Notes under the pieces: model-generated
Database searches by the model: none
What the model was told of the DNA's origin: nothing
What the model saw: the letters and a program-made list of their open reading frames with translations, nothing else
Shown: positions 17,833 to 27,447 of the stretch, piece after piece
Layout of the letters: each line of letters begins with the position of its first letter
Numbering within the stretch: position 1 is the stretch's first letter
Program-made: the position numbers and the translations under genes
From: Gammaproteobacteria bacterium
Lineage (GTDB): Bacteria; Pseudomonadota; Gammaproteobacteria; Arenicellales; JAJDZL01
Assembly: GCA_022823625.1 (NCBI GenBank)
Contig: JAJEHQ010000038.1
Location: forward strand, 527 to 64,526
Length of the DNA: 64,000 bases
Reading direction: 5' to 3'

Positions 17833-18635
17833 ATAATGAACTAAGACATATTTCTGAGGGGGTTCTTGATGATTTGCGCAAGTCAATATCATCTAATCTG
17901 TCGCGATATAGAGGTCAGGGGTTTAATGACCTTGCAGATGAATATAAGTGGAATATTCATCTTGAAATTGAAGTCGACAATGGCTTGTTGTCTGAATTAG
18001 ATTCGACTGTACAGAAGAACATCGTAGAAATCGATTTGAAAAATTCAAGAATTGTCGGAAAAGCATTAGCGAATCTCACACCATCACTTGCCAACGAAGA
18101 ATTAATTTGGGTTCGCTTATCTCATGTTGAAGCATTTGAGTATTCGAGGATTCGTTGGTTGCCAAATTCCTCTGATAGTGTCTTAAAAAAAAATATCGAG
18201 ACTCATTTATTTGCATCGACTCAAACAGCAATTAGAGATGATCATGCAATATCGAGACTGTGGTGGAATTATCAAATTGCGCTAGCTTCTATGCCCGAAG
18301 ACGTTGATCTTGCACTAAAGTTAATTATGAAAACGGCTGATATAAGATCAAACTTTGTGGAACGTATATGGATGAGTAGTCGTCGCCCGATTGCAGGCGC
18401 AATTCTGAGAGCAATGAATACAAATTCCGAAATTACAGCAACCGAGAACAATTTCAGAACTTTTATGAAAATCATTAATCGTCATGGTGGTGGAATCGTA
18501 TTCGAAGCTTTGAACGATGGTGAGATTGATTTGTTTGTTGAAGAATGCTGTGACCAAGCCATAAGTCTGGCAGGTCAAACTGCCCAACATTCTCGAAGTA
18601 ATCAAGATACCAAATACGTTAACGGTGAGATTTGA
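17829..18635 (+). CDS. Hypothetical protein, GHKL-operon gene 4 (268 aa)
   Basis: ATGA overlap with gene 3. Helical-looking, with a conserved-looking HAISRLWWNYQIA stretch. No family recognised. Confidence 0.6.
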   Translation: MNNELRHISEGVLDDLRKSISSNLSRYRGQGFNDLADEYKWNIHLEIEVDNGLLSELDSTVQKNIVEIDLKNSRIVGKALANLTPSLANEELIWVRLSHVEAFEYSRIRWLPNSSDSVLKKNIETHLFASTQTAIRDDHAISRLWWNYQIALASMPEDVDLALKLIMKTADIRSNFVERIWMSSRRPIAGAILRAMNTNSEITATENNFRTFMKIINRHGGGIVFEALNDGEIDLFVEECCDQAISLAGQTAQHSRSNQDTKYVNGEI

Positions 18636-18637
18636 AG

Positions 18638-18853
18638 TTAGAAAGATTTGGCATTGGTAATCTGAAGCACCGAGAAGATCCCGAAACAAATAAAGGCGAC
18701 CGGTACCCATCCCGGGATACTTAATCCTAAGAATGTCCAGTAACCTTCCGCGCATTCACCAGTTCCTCCAAACACAATTGCCAGTGCACCAAAAATTGGT
18801 TTGTGGGCAAAAATTGTTTCGATTGTGGGGAAACACTCTGGAATTTTGTCCAT
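18638..18853 (-). CDS. Small hydrophobic protein (71 aa), uncertain
   Basis: Two hydrophobic stretches (IFGALAIVFGG, GWVPVAFICFGIFSVL). Convergent with the operon and 2 nt from its stop. No family recognised. Confidence 0.3.
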   Translation of the reverse strand: MDKIPECFPTIETIFAHKPIFGALAIVFGGTGECAEGYWTFLGLSIPGWVPVAFICFGIFSVLQITNAKSF

Positions 18854-18936
18854 CGGTGCATTCTGTAATCAGACCGACGCGCGCCAGAAAAACGGCGAAT
18901 TTCGTGGAGTAGAAGTTAACCATGCTGAATCAATCC

Positions 18937-19121
18937 GTTAATCTGAAGTTTGAAGGCATACTAGCCGCCGAGCTCTGCTGATACAAGCATATTTTAAAAA
19001 TCTTATTGTAGCTTTCTGCCTACAATATGAAAAATACAAACCCTCCCTAACGGTAAAAACCTCAAAAGAACAAGGGGATATCGCGAGAACTCTGACAAAA
19101 ATTTGTCAGAATTTCAAGTTA
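18937..19121 (+). repeat. Island direct repeat, right (uninterrupted) copy A'B'
   Basis: A' (18937-19026) runs directly into B' (to 19121). This corresponds to the native-looking thpR-hydratase spacer. Confidence 0.85.
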
Positions 19122-19907
19122 CTCGACTAAATTCGCAGAAACTGAACCAAATACACCCAAGTCACAGATGACCCGATCACCTGATCGGATGGGCTTGGGA
19201 AGACCGCACACTCCAGTGGTGATGTACTGGCCTGATTCGATCGTAATGCCGCGTATACGGAGTTGGTTTACAACCCAGTTCAGTGCTTTCAGCGGATCAC
19301 CGAGAGCATCTTCGCCTGTACCTTCGGATACCACTTCGTCATTAACAATGAGTCTGGCTGGTGCCATTTGAAGACTCGCATTGGCCCAGTCTGCTGTCGT
19401 AGCTGAACCCAACACCCAATCTCGTCCACAAGCGCAATCCGCTAGCAATGCTGCTGCACCGACTGTTGCAAACTCGGAAATTCTGGAATCAGGAAACTCA
19501 AGACTAGGATGTAGGCTGTCGACTGCTTCCAATATTTCTCCAACTTCGTAGGGTTCAGATCGAGAATCCAGACTTCGACCAAATCGGAATGCGAATTCCG
19601 CCTCAGCAACAGCCATGTGATTGCCTGCCATTGACAATATCGCACCATCGGAGTGGATTCGAGATTCGAGGTACGGTCCTTCAAGTGGAGCGGTAACCCC
19701 AATATGGTTCTGTCCACCAGCGCTGGTCGCAGCAATTTTCCATCCGGCGATAGAGGAATTAGCGAGTTCGGCAAAGTATAGTTGTGCCTCCCTGCCTTCC
19801 GTTTCATTTCGAGGATTGCAGTGCGCTGGAAGCGCGTTAATGGTTTCACCGGCACATTGCAATGCCCAGAGTGTTGCTGCAGCTTGACGGGAACGATTCT
19901 CTGTCAT
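19119..19907 (-). CDS. 2-keto-4-pentenoate hydratase-family (MhpD/HpcG-like) hydratase
   Basis: 262 aa. The GWKIAATS, AVAEAEFAF and C-terminal ITTGV segments resemble the hydratase/decarboxylase family. Assignment is from memory of the family consensus. Confidence 0.65.
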   Translation of the reverse strand: MTENRSRQAAATLWALQCAGETINALPAHCNPRNETEGREAQLYFAELANSSIAGWKIAATSAGGQNHIGVTAPLEGPYLESRIHSDGAILSMAGNHMAVAEAEFAFRFGRSLDSRSEPYEVGEILEAVDSLHPSLEFPDSRISEFATVGAAALLADCACGRDWVLGSATTADWANASLQMAPARLIVNDEVVSEGTGEDALGDPLKALNWVVNQLRIRGITIESGQYITTGVCGLPKPIRSGDRVICDLGVFGSVSANLVE

Positions 19908-19936
19908 ATCAGACTATCTCAATAATCAACAGCTTT

Positions 19937-20260
19937 CTATCGCTCCAGGTATTTTCTCTTACCTTCGACTTCTTCCCATTCAGCGGCATCTGGTGGTGCC
20001 GGAATCATAGAAGAGATTACTGGCCAAATCAGGCTCAATTCTGCATTCAATTCCAAGAATTCGTTGTGTTCTTCTGGAAGGTCATCTTCTGCGAAAATGG
20101 CAGTTATTGGGCACTCTGGTTCACAAAGACTGCAATCAATGCATTCTTCAGGATCAATAACCAGCATGTTTGGCCCTTCGTGAAAGCAATCCACGGGGCA
20201 AACTTCCACACAATCGGTGTACTTGCATTTAATGCAAACTTCCGTGACGACGTAGGTCAT
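19937..20260 (-). CDS. fdxA: 7Fe ferredoxin (Azotobacter-type ferredoxin I)
   Basis: [29 protein letters not shown]...[12 protein letters not shown]; 107 aa. Confidence 0.92.
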   Translation of the reverse strand: MTYVVTEVCIKCKYTDCVEVCPVDCFHEGPNMLVIDPEECIDCSLCEPECPITAIFAEDDLPEEHNEFLELNAELSLIWPVISSMIPAPPDAAEWEEVEGKRKYLER

Positions 20261-20681
20261 AGGCTCAGTAAATCAAAAGGTCAAATCGAAAATTCTTTAA
20301 ATTAAGTTGGGTCAAATTTTCCGAAATCAATATACGTCAACTACTTTGGCTCGATTTCGGGATGGGTTCATTTCTATGAATAAACTCCAGATATGCGCTC
20401 AATGTCCCTGGCAGGTGGCCTGCCTCCAAGTAAAACGCAAAGAGAGGACCGCAAAGTCCTATATTAAATCGGATTTTGATTAAATGATTTGGGACTTTTT
20501 TATGAAATCAATGGGTTCGTATCTTTTACTCGACGCGAATCTAACAATGGTCCAGAGTGACATAAATTCTGTTTTAGATGGGACAATAGGAGAGATCTAA
20601 GAGCAGTTTCTAACTGCAAAACATCAACGGGCAGTTGTAGTTCGCAATAACTTCCTCACACAAAATTATTAATCAATTAAA

Positions 20682-20699
20682 TGTATCCTATAGGATACA
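20682..20699. promoter_or_regulatory. 18-bp perfect palindrome, probable operator of the downstream HTH gene
   Basis: TGTATCCTATAGGATACA, 37 nt upstream of ATG 20737. Confidence 0.55.
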
Positions 20700-20736
20700 A
20701 TAACACACATACTAAACGCTTGAATTATGTAAGTTG

Positions 20737-21171
20737 ATGAAAAACAAGCAGAAAAAACGACCTCAAAATGTCGTTGTTCAATTCAATTCAATCCAGGAAG
20801 TCATTGACTATCTGAAGGAAGCGTTTGAGGATGGGTCTCCAAAATTGATTTCAGCCACTCTTGGTGAAGTTGCTAAATCGAAAGGTATGACTGCTGTCGC
20901 AGCGGAATCCGGGTTAGGACGTGAAAGCTTATACAAAGCACTTTCACATACAGGTAATCCGAGTCTTTCGACAATACTCAGTGTTCTACGCTCGCTAGGA
21001 CTTCAGTTGCGGCCATCGGAATGTTCAACGGATGCATCTTCAACTGTTGGCAATATTGTTTCTTGGGAACGTGACTCGCCAAGCTCTTCCGGGGATATTT
21101 ACCTATTTGTTTGTTCTGAGAGTTCAAGTTCTCAGACACTCATCAAATCAACTGAACCCAAGTCGGTCTAA
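20737..21171 (+). CDS. Addiction-module antidote-type HTH protein (COG3636-like) with Ser-rich C-terminal extension
   Basis: IDYLKEAFEDGSPKLISATLGEVAKSKGMTAVAAESGLGRESLYKALSHTGNPSLSTILSVLRSLGLQL matches the antidote-family consensus as I remember it. About 45 extra C-terminal residues. No RelE/HigB-like partner is visible upstream. Confidence 0.7.
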   Translation: MKNKQKKRPQNVVVQFNSIQEVIDYLKEAFEDGSPKLISATLGEVAKSKGMTAVAAESGLGRESLYKALSHTGNPSLSTILSVLRSLGLQLRPSECSTDASSTVGNIVSWERDSPSSSGDIYLFVCSESSSSQTLIKSTEPKSV

Positions 21172-21200
21172 TAAAATTTCAAATAACCGAGATCAGCTAT

Positions 21201-21821
21201 ATGGACAGCGTGACATATTTGAAGCTAATGGGTGAATCTCGGGGATGTCAGCAGTCAGCGGAATTGATCGAACGTGAAATTCGCCGTTTGAATGCCAATC
21301 CAGGTGAGATTTCCTCAATCGGTGAAAAAACAGGTTGGTGCTCCCACCATGTTTGGGTGTCTCTTAAATCAGTCAGTCACCATAATCTCGCTCTTGCTCT
21401 CTTGTTGAGATTGAAGTGTTTTTTGTCCTTGCATCGTATCGACCTCGTCTATGGGCATAGACTGACACAACTTTTCGACAAATTAAACATCTATCAGACT
21501 CAAACCTCGGATGACTTGGAAGGAATTTACCAACGGGTAAATCGAGATAACCCAGTCAAGCTCATTGCAACGATCAGTTCAGAAGAGAGTTTCGCACCTC
21601 AAGATCCTACCAACAGTCCGATCAAATCACTGAAAGATTCTTTCACCTTTCTGGAAGAGCATGTCGAGATTTGGACAAACAAGCGCTCTGGGATGTACAC
21701 TTCTAGTAGTCCGTGGCAATATCATTTTGACAGTCTGGAACCATTCTTCGAATTTCTCAATTCAAGCGAAAAGCTCGCAGCCAGATTCGCCTACCAGAAC
21801 GGAGTGTTAAATTGCATGTAA
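21201..21821 (+). CDS. Hypothetical protein (206 aa)
   Basis: ORF only; no motif recognised. 29 nt downstream of the antidote-type gene. Confidence 0.45.
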   Translation: MDSVTYLKLMGESRGCQQSAELIEREIRRLNANPGEISSIGEKTGWCSHHVWVSLKSVSHHNLALALLLRLKCFLSLHRIDLVYGHRLTQLFDKLNIYQTQTSDDLEGIYQRVNRDNPVKLIATISSEESFAPQDPTNSPIKSLKDSFTFLEEHVEIWTNKRSGMYTSSSPWQYHFDSLEPFFEFLNSSEKLAARFAYQNGVLNCM

Positions 21822-21932
21822 TCTAAACCCGAAACTGAATCCGGTCCAAACTAGCACAGGAATTCTGAATATCAGAAAACTACAACTGGGAAATGCGATT
21901 TGTAATTCTCAAGCGCGTTCAATCAGCTTGTA

Positions 21933-24497
21933 CTACTCTTTCTCCAGTTCTTTCAACTCGAAGAGTAATTGCAGTGCTTCAAGCGGATTTAGCTCTTCGG
22001 GTTGAACCTGTTTGAGCCGCTCAAGAACAGGTGACGAGGGTACACTGAACAATGAAGTCTGCACCGTGCCTTGAACCTGTAAAAGTTCACTGTCGACTGT
22101 CCTACTCGAAAGCCTCGCTAAGCGATTTTTCGCATCGCCAATTACTTTACCTGGAATACCGGCGAGTTTAGCAACCTCAATCCCATAGCTCTGGTTTGCT
22201 GCACCTTCTTTGACATCGTACATGAACACAATGTCGCCTTTGTGTTTGACTGCATCCAAGTGCAGGTTTATTGCGCCCGGATACTCATTGGCCAACTCGG
22301 TAATTTCGAAGTAGTGTGTGGAAAACATAGTCATCGCCCGTACTTCATTCAGTAAACTGACCGCACAAGCCCAAGCGAGAGCGAGTCCATCGTACGTGCT
22401 TGTGCCTCGGCCGATTTCATCAACGAGAACTAAGCTGTTTTCAGTTGCACTATGCAAAATGGCGGCCATCTCCGTCATTTCGACCATAAAAGTCGAGTTT
22501 CCAGCAACCAGGTCGTCGGCTGCACCAATGCGGGTAAATATTCGATCAATGGGGCCAATTCTTGCAGCGTTCGCCGGAACGAAGGAACCAGTGTGGCTGA
22601 GCATAACAATCAGTGCTATTTGGCGCATATAGGTGCTCTTCCCACCCATGTTCGGTCCGGTAATCAGTAACAAGCGTTTGTGTGGACTAAGTTCGGCACT
22701 GTTTGAAACAAAAGGTTTGGTCAGTACGGCTTCGACTACGGGGTGTCTGCCATGATCTATAGAGATTCCCGGGGTCTTCACAAGTTCGGGACGGTTTAGA
22801 TCTAACTCTTCTGACAGAATCGCAAAATCGCTTAGAACATCAATTTCGGCTAACGCCTGAGAGGTCACTTGTATGGCAGATACAAACTGTTGCAAATGCT
22901 CAATCAGAGCCTCATAAAGTTCTTTTTCTCGACCAAGCGCTTTCTCTTTGGCATCTAGTATGCGACGTTCAAACGAAGCGAGTTCCGGAGTAATGTATCG
23001 CTCGGATGACTTCAGAGTCTGGCGACGTTTGTAATCTTCAGGAATTTGGTCGGCAGCAAGCCTTGATACTTCAATGTAGTATCCGTGAACCCGGTTGTAA
23101 TGAACCTTTAAATTCTTAATCCCAGTTCTTTCTCTTTCTCGGGTTTCGAGGTCAATAAGTGCTTGGCCTGAGTCATCCCGAAGTTGGTTCAACTCGTCAA
23201 GTTGCGTATCGTAGCCTTTTCGAATGACACCGCCATCTCGCAGAACTGAAGCAGGTTCGTCAAGTATGGCTCGACCTAGCAGATCAGTTAGGTCGGGAAG
23301 TGGATCCATACGGGTGCAGAGCGTCTGCATTTCGGAACATTCTTCGGGGGCTAGCAATTCAACCAGAGAAGGAACTGAACGCAATGCGTCTTTCAAGCGT
23401 ACCAAATCTATAGGTTTGGCAGTTCGAGTTGCTATTCTGGAAGCAATTCGCTCAATATCACCAATATGGCGCAATGCCGTGGCGATGCGTTCAGAGTCAG
23501 TGTTCTCTAGAATGTGTTCAATGATTTGATGCCGTCTTCTTATTTCTTCGTGATCACGAACCGGATAGCGAAACCATCTACGAATTTGTCTGGATCCCAT
23601 TGCGGTTGAGCATTTATCGAACAAATTGATGAGACAATATTGTTCGTCTCCCATCAGTGTTGTCTCAATTTCAAGATTCCGCCAACTGTGGGAATCAATT
23701 TGGACAAATTCATCGGAACGCTCGATCTTCAGACCATGTATATGAGTTAGTTCCTTCCCCCACACATCAATCGCATACTGTAGCAACGCTCCTGCGGCAG
23801 CGGATGCTTCCGGATACTGTTCGCATTCGAAAGCAGTTAAATTCTTCACTTGAAATTGTTTTTCCAAGAGTGATTTAGCTCTGTCAAAGTTGAAATACCA
23901 GCCTGGAACTTCCTGAGCGTACTTAAACTGAAACTCATTCAGGTAGTCGGCCACATCAGAGTGAAGAATTTCCGCTGGTTTGATTCGATCAATTTCTGAT
24001 TGAATCGATTCAGCATTCGGCATTTCTCTGGCGGTAAATCTGCCACTTGCGACATCAAGAGTGGCAAGTGTCCATATGTCGCCCAGTTTGGCAAAGGAAC
24101 ACAACAGGCTTTCCGAGCGTTCATCCAGCAAATTTTCATCGGTAAGTGTGCCTGGTGTAATTACTCGGGTGACTTTGCGTTCTACGGGTCCTTTCGAATT
24201 TGCCGGGTCACCGATCTGCTCGCATATAGCAACAGATTCGGAAAGATTAATCAGTTTTCGGATGTACTGGTCAACGCTGTGGAATGGCACACCAGCCATT
24301 TTGATTGGGTTGGGACTTGATTTGCTTCGACTGGTCAGAGTGATTCCCAGCAAGTTTGAAGCTTTTTCAGCATCCTCATAGAAGAGTTCGTAGAAGTCTC
24401 CCATGCGGTAAAAGAGTAGTGTGTTCGGGTAGTCAGCCTTGATGCGCAGATACTGCTGCATCATGGGTGTAAGAGGACTCTTTGAACTTTCTGTCAT
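21933..24497 (-). CDS. mutS: DNA mismatch repair protein MutS
   Basis: [31 protein letters not shown]-terminus; Walker [10 protein letters not shown]; 854 aa. Confidence 0.97.
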   Translation of the reverse strand: MTESSKSPLTPMMQQYLRIKADYPNTLLFYRMGDFYELFYEDAEKASNLLGITLTSRSKSSPNPIKMAGVPFHSVDQYIRKLINLSESVAICEQIGDPANSKGPVERKVTRVITPGTLTDENLLDERSESLLCSFAKLGDIWTLATLDVASGRFTAREMPNAESIQSEIDRIKPAEILHSDVADYLNEFQFKYAQEVPGWYFNFDRAKSLLEKQFQVKNLTAFECEQYPEASAAAGALLQYAIDVWGKELTHIHGLKIERSDEFVQIDSHSWRNLEIETTLMGDEQYCLINLFDKCSTAMGSRQIRRWFRYPVRDHEEIRRRHQIIEHILENTDSERIATALRHIGDIERIASRIATRTAKPIDLVRLKDALRSVPSLVELLAPEECSEMQTLCTRMDPLPDLTDLLGRAILDEPASVLRDGGVIRKGYDTQLDELNQLRDDSGQALIDLETRERERTGIKNLKVHYNRVHGYYIEVSRLAADQIPEDYKRRQTLKSSERYITPELASFERRILDAKEKALGREKELYEALIEHLQQFVSAIQVTSQALAEIDVLSDFAILSEELDLNRPELVKTPGISIDHGRHPVVEAVLTKPFVSNSAELSPHKRLLLITGPNMGGKSTYMRQIALIVMLSHTGSFVPANAARIGPIDRIFTRIGAADDLVAGNSTFMVEMTEMAAILHSATENSLVLVDEIGRGTSTYDGLALAWACAVSLLNEVRAMTMFSTHYFEITELANEYPGAINLHLDAVKHKGDIVFMYDVKEGAANQSYGIEVAKLAGIPGKVIGDAKNRLARLSSRTVDSELLQVQGTVQTSLFSVPSSPVLERLKQVQPEELNPLEALQLLFELKELEKE

Positions 24498-25303
24498 GCG
24501 CTACGTTTCTGGGAACTGTATACCTTGTATTTTCGTTCAACTATTTGGGCAAGGTCATCGTAAAGGTGTGAATTACCGGCAACGACCATTCCAGTGTCCA
24601 GAAAATTCTGCTCGCCTTCGAAGTCGGTAATGATGCCGCCCGCTTCACGAACCAGCAAAGCACCTGCGGCAATATCCCAGATTTTCAGACCTGATTCCCA
24701 GAATCCGTCGAAACGACCACATGCAACATAGGCAAGGTCCAAAGCAGCTGAACCCGGACGCCTGACTCCTGAGGTTTTTTTTGAAAGTTCTCGAAAAATA
24801 TCAATCCATAGATCGACGCTATCGCGTTCACGGAATGGAAAACCAGTTCCGATTAGAGCGTAATCGAGAATTTGAATTGCGCTTGCGCGAATTCGTCTAT
24901 CGTTGAGATGAGCACCTGAACCGTTAGATGCAGTAAACAGTTCTTCACGTACCGGGTCATAAATGACCGCGTGTGCCAACTTACCCCGGTGACGGATTGC
25001 AATAGAAACGCAAAATTGTGGGATACCATGCAGGAAATTAGTCGTACCATCCAGAGGATCAACAATCCATTCATATTCCTTGCCCGGAATTGAATGATTC
25101 TCTTCGGCAATAATCCCATGGTTTGGGTAGGCCTCAAGGATTGTCTCAACAATTTGCTGTTCTGCCTCTACATCCACACTAGAAACGAAATCTCGTGCTT
25201 CTTTTAGGCTGAATCTCAATTGGTCGACGCGATAGGATTTACGCATGATGGTCTTTCCAGCGCGTCGAGCAGCAGTAACCGCGATGTTGACTAAAGGATG
25301 CAT
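24494..25303 (-). CDS. suhB: Inositol monophosphatase family protein
   Basis: [15 protein letters not shown] and WDIAAG motifs. 4-nt overlap with the mutS start. Confidence 0.9.
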   Translation of the reverse strand: MHPLVNIAVTAARRAGKTIMRKSYRVDQLRFSLKEARDFVSSVDVEAEQQIVETILEAYPNHGIIAEENHSIPGKEYEWIVDPLDGTTNFLHGIPQFCVSIAIRHRGKLAHAVIYDPVREELFTASNGSGAHLNDRRIRASAIQILDYALIGTGFPFRERDSVDLWIDIFRELSKKTSGVRRPGSAALDLAYVACGRFDGFWESGLKIWDIAAGALLVREAGGIITDFEGEQNFLDTGMVVAGNSHLYDDLAQIVERKYKVYSSQKRSA

Positions 25304-25936
25304 ACTGTCTGTTGTGAAGGTGTCGGCAGACTATTTTGATACGGATAGATGATATTGAATCCTCTCTTCCTCGCAGTTAGAACAATTTGAACAAACATCA
25401 ACTGAAGAGAAGCGAGAGGAAGTTATGAGAGACACATAAGATAACACAACGATTGAATTGGATTTAACAAATAATTGCATTGAGATGAATCAAAACATTA
25501 GGTGCAAACTAATGTGTGAACACTTTTGGTAATTCCCTAACCACCACCAAGCATTCATAGTCCAACAGTTGAAGATGACGCCACAGCAGGTAGCCACGAG
25601 TTTGGAGGCCTTGACTTCACAGTTCGCAACTGAATCGTAGTCAATCAACTCAGCTGCGTTGGTACGAGAAGCGAAAAACGCCACGCCAACGGCAATAATG
25701 TCTTTGTGTAAATCGAGTTCAACATGGACTGTATGAGATTGGTCGCTATAATTTCCATGCTTGTTCCTCCAGTGTGTTCGTTAGTTATGGTACATACACC
25801 ATATATGCACACCCAACGCTGTGCGGAACAGGTCAAAACATAGGGTCTAGTTGACCATATATTCCAGCAGAACCGTGGTGTTTCAGCAGACTTGGCTGAA
25901 TAGCAGCCACAAATACCATGAAACGAGATCATCAGC

Positions 25937-27415
25937 ATGAAAACCTATCGACATTTCATTAATGGACAATACGTTGACTCAACCAGCGGTGAGTGGATTG
26001 AAAGCATCGACCCATTTTCTGGTGAGGTTTGGGCACGCGCTCCCAAAGGAAACGAGGAAGACGTCAATCTGGCGGTCGCTGCAGCAAAAGCGGCATTTGA
26101 AAATTCCGATTGGACAGACCTTAGTGCTAGTGCCCGCGGCAAACTCATGCGAAAACTTGGTGATCTCGTGGCAGACAATGCAGATCGATTGGCAGCGCTT
26201 GAGGTCAAAGACAACGGTAAGCTCTTTTCTGAAATGAAAGCCCAGATGGTGTATCACCCCGAGTGGTGGTATTACTTTGGGGGTCTGGCAGACAAAATTG
26301 AAGGTTCAATCGTTCCTATCGACAAAAAAGACGCTTTTTCCTACACCATGTATGAGCCACTGGGTGTAGTTGCCGCTATTACTGCCTGGAATTCACCGTT
26401 GCTGTTCATTGCCTGGAAGTGTGCACCTGCACTGGCGGCTGGAAACACCGTCGTAGTTAAACCCTCAGAGTTCACCTCAGCAAGTTCACTTGAATACGCA
26501 AGTCTTGTTAAGGAAGCTGGCTTTCCAGACGGAGTATTCAATGTCATAAGTGGATACGGAGCGGATGTCGGCGCGAGTCTGGTGAGTCACCCTGATGTTT
26601 CGAAAATAACTTTCACTGGATCAGATTTATCCGGGCAAAAAATTTATGAAAGCGCCGCAAAAAACATCAAACATGTTTCGTTGGAGTTAGGTGGAAAATC
26701 TCCGAACATTGTCTTTGAAGACGCTGATCTTGACATGGCGGCGAAAGGTGCTGTAGCGGGAATTTTCGGGGCAACCGGCCAAACTTGTGTTGCGGGTTCA
26801 CGGCTTTTGGTTCAGGAAAGCATTCACGACGAGTTCATGGAACGACTGCTTGATTTGGCCAAATCTGCAAGACTAGGGAATCCAATGGATTCGGGTACAC
26901 ACATCGGACCAGTGACAACCCCTCAGCAATACCAAAAGGTACTTTCCTATATTGACATTGCTAAGCAAGAAGGCGCAGAGTTGGTTTTTGGCGGCTCAGC
27001 CTGTAAGGTTCCGGGTGCAGATGCAAATCAGTTTGTGGAGCCGACTATCTTTACCAATGTTTCTAACGACATGCGTATTGCTCAGGAAGAAATCTTTGGT
27101 CCAGTACTTTCAGTGCTGAAATTCAAAGATGAAGAAGAGGCAATCAAGATCGGAAACGATGTTGTTTATGGACTGGCTGCCGGAGTTTGGACTAAAGATA
27201 TTAGACGAGCCATGCGATTCACCAAAGCACTCAAAGCAGGGACGGTCTGGGTTAACACCTACCGGGCTTTCAGCTACATGATGCCGTTTGGTGGTATGAA
27301 ACGAAGTGGCTTAGGTCGAGAAAGTGGAATAGCAGCGATACGCGATTATCTGCAAGTGAAGAGCGTCTGGCTTTCAACGGCAACGGAGATGCCAAATCCA
27401 TTTATTTTGAGATAG
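25937..27415 (+). CDS. NAD(P)-dependent aldehyde dehydrogenase
   Basis: ELGGKSP and catalytic-Cys region GQTCVAGSR; 492 aa. Confidence 0.9.
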   Translation: MKTYRHFINGQYVDSTSGEWIESIDPFSGEVWARAPKGNEEDVNLAVAAAKAAFENSDWTDLSASARGKLMRKLGDLVADNADRLAALEVKDNGKLFSEMKAQMVYHPEWWYYFGGLADKIEGSIVPIDKKDAFSYTMYEPLGVVAAITAWNSPLLFIAWKCAPALAAGNTVVVKPSEFTSASSLEYASLVKEAGFPDGVFNVISGYGADVGASLVSHPDVSKITFTGSDLSGQKIYESAAKNIKHVSLELGGKSPNIVFEDADLDMAAKGAVAGIFGATGQTCVAGSRLLVQESIHDEFMERLLDLAKSARLGNPMDSGTHIGPVTTPQQYQKVLSYIDIAKQEGAELVFGGSACKVPGADANQFVEPTIFTNVSNDMRIAQEEIFGPVLSVLKFKDEEEAIKIGNDVVYGLAAGVWTKDIRRAMRFTKALKAGTVWVNTYRAFSYMMPFGGMKRSGLGRESGIAAIRDYLQVKSVWLSTATEMPNPFILR

Positions 27416-27447
27416 CTCTTTGACTCAATTGGTCACCTTACAATTTC

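Larger units (their letters stand above)
10436..19121. mobile_element. ~8.7 kb genomic island bounded by a diverged direct duplication of the thpR-hydratase spacer
   Basis: The whole spacer is present twice in direct orientation. The left copy is 10436-10525 + 11311-11412, split by an IS relic. The right copy is 18937-19121, contiguous. There is no integrase or recombinase gene inside. The cargo looks more AT-rich than the flanks by eye (not computed). Confidence 0.65.

Noticed and set aside
18854-18936. Sequence just left of the right island repeat, considered as a remnant of a second thpR 3' end, which would extend the duplication into coding sequence.
   Set aside because: The frame ending at the repeated TAA is open for only 23 codons and does not resemble the ThpR C-terminus. 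Nucleotide similarity to 10380-10435 is not evident.
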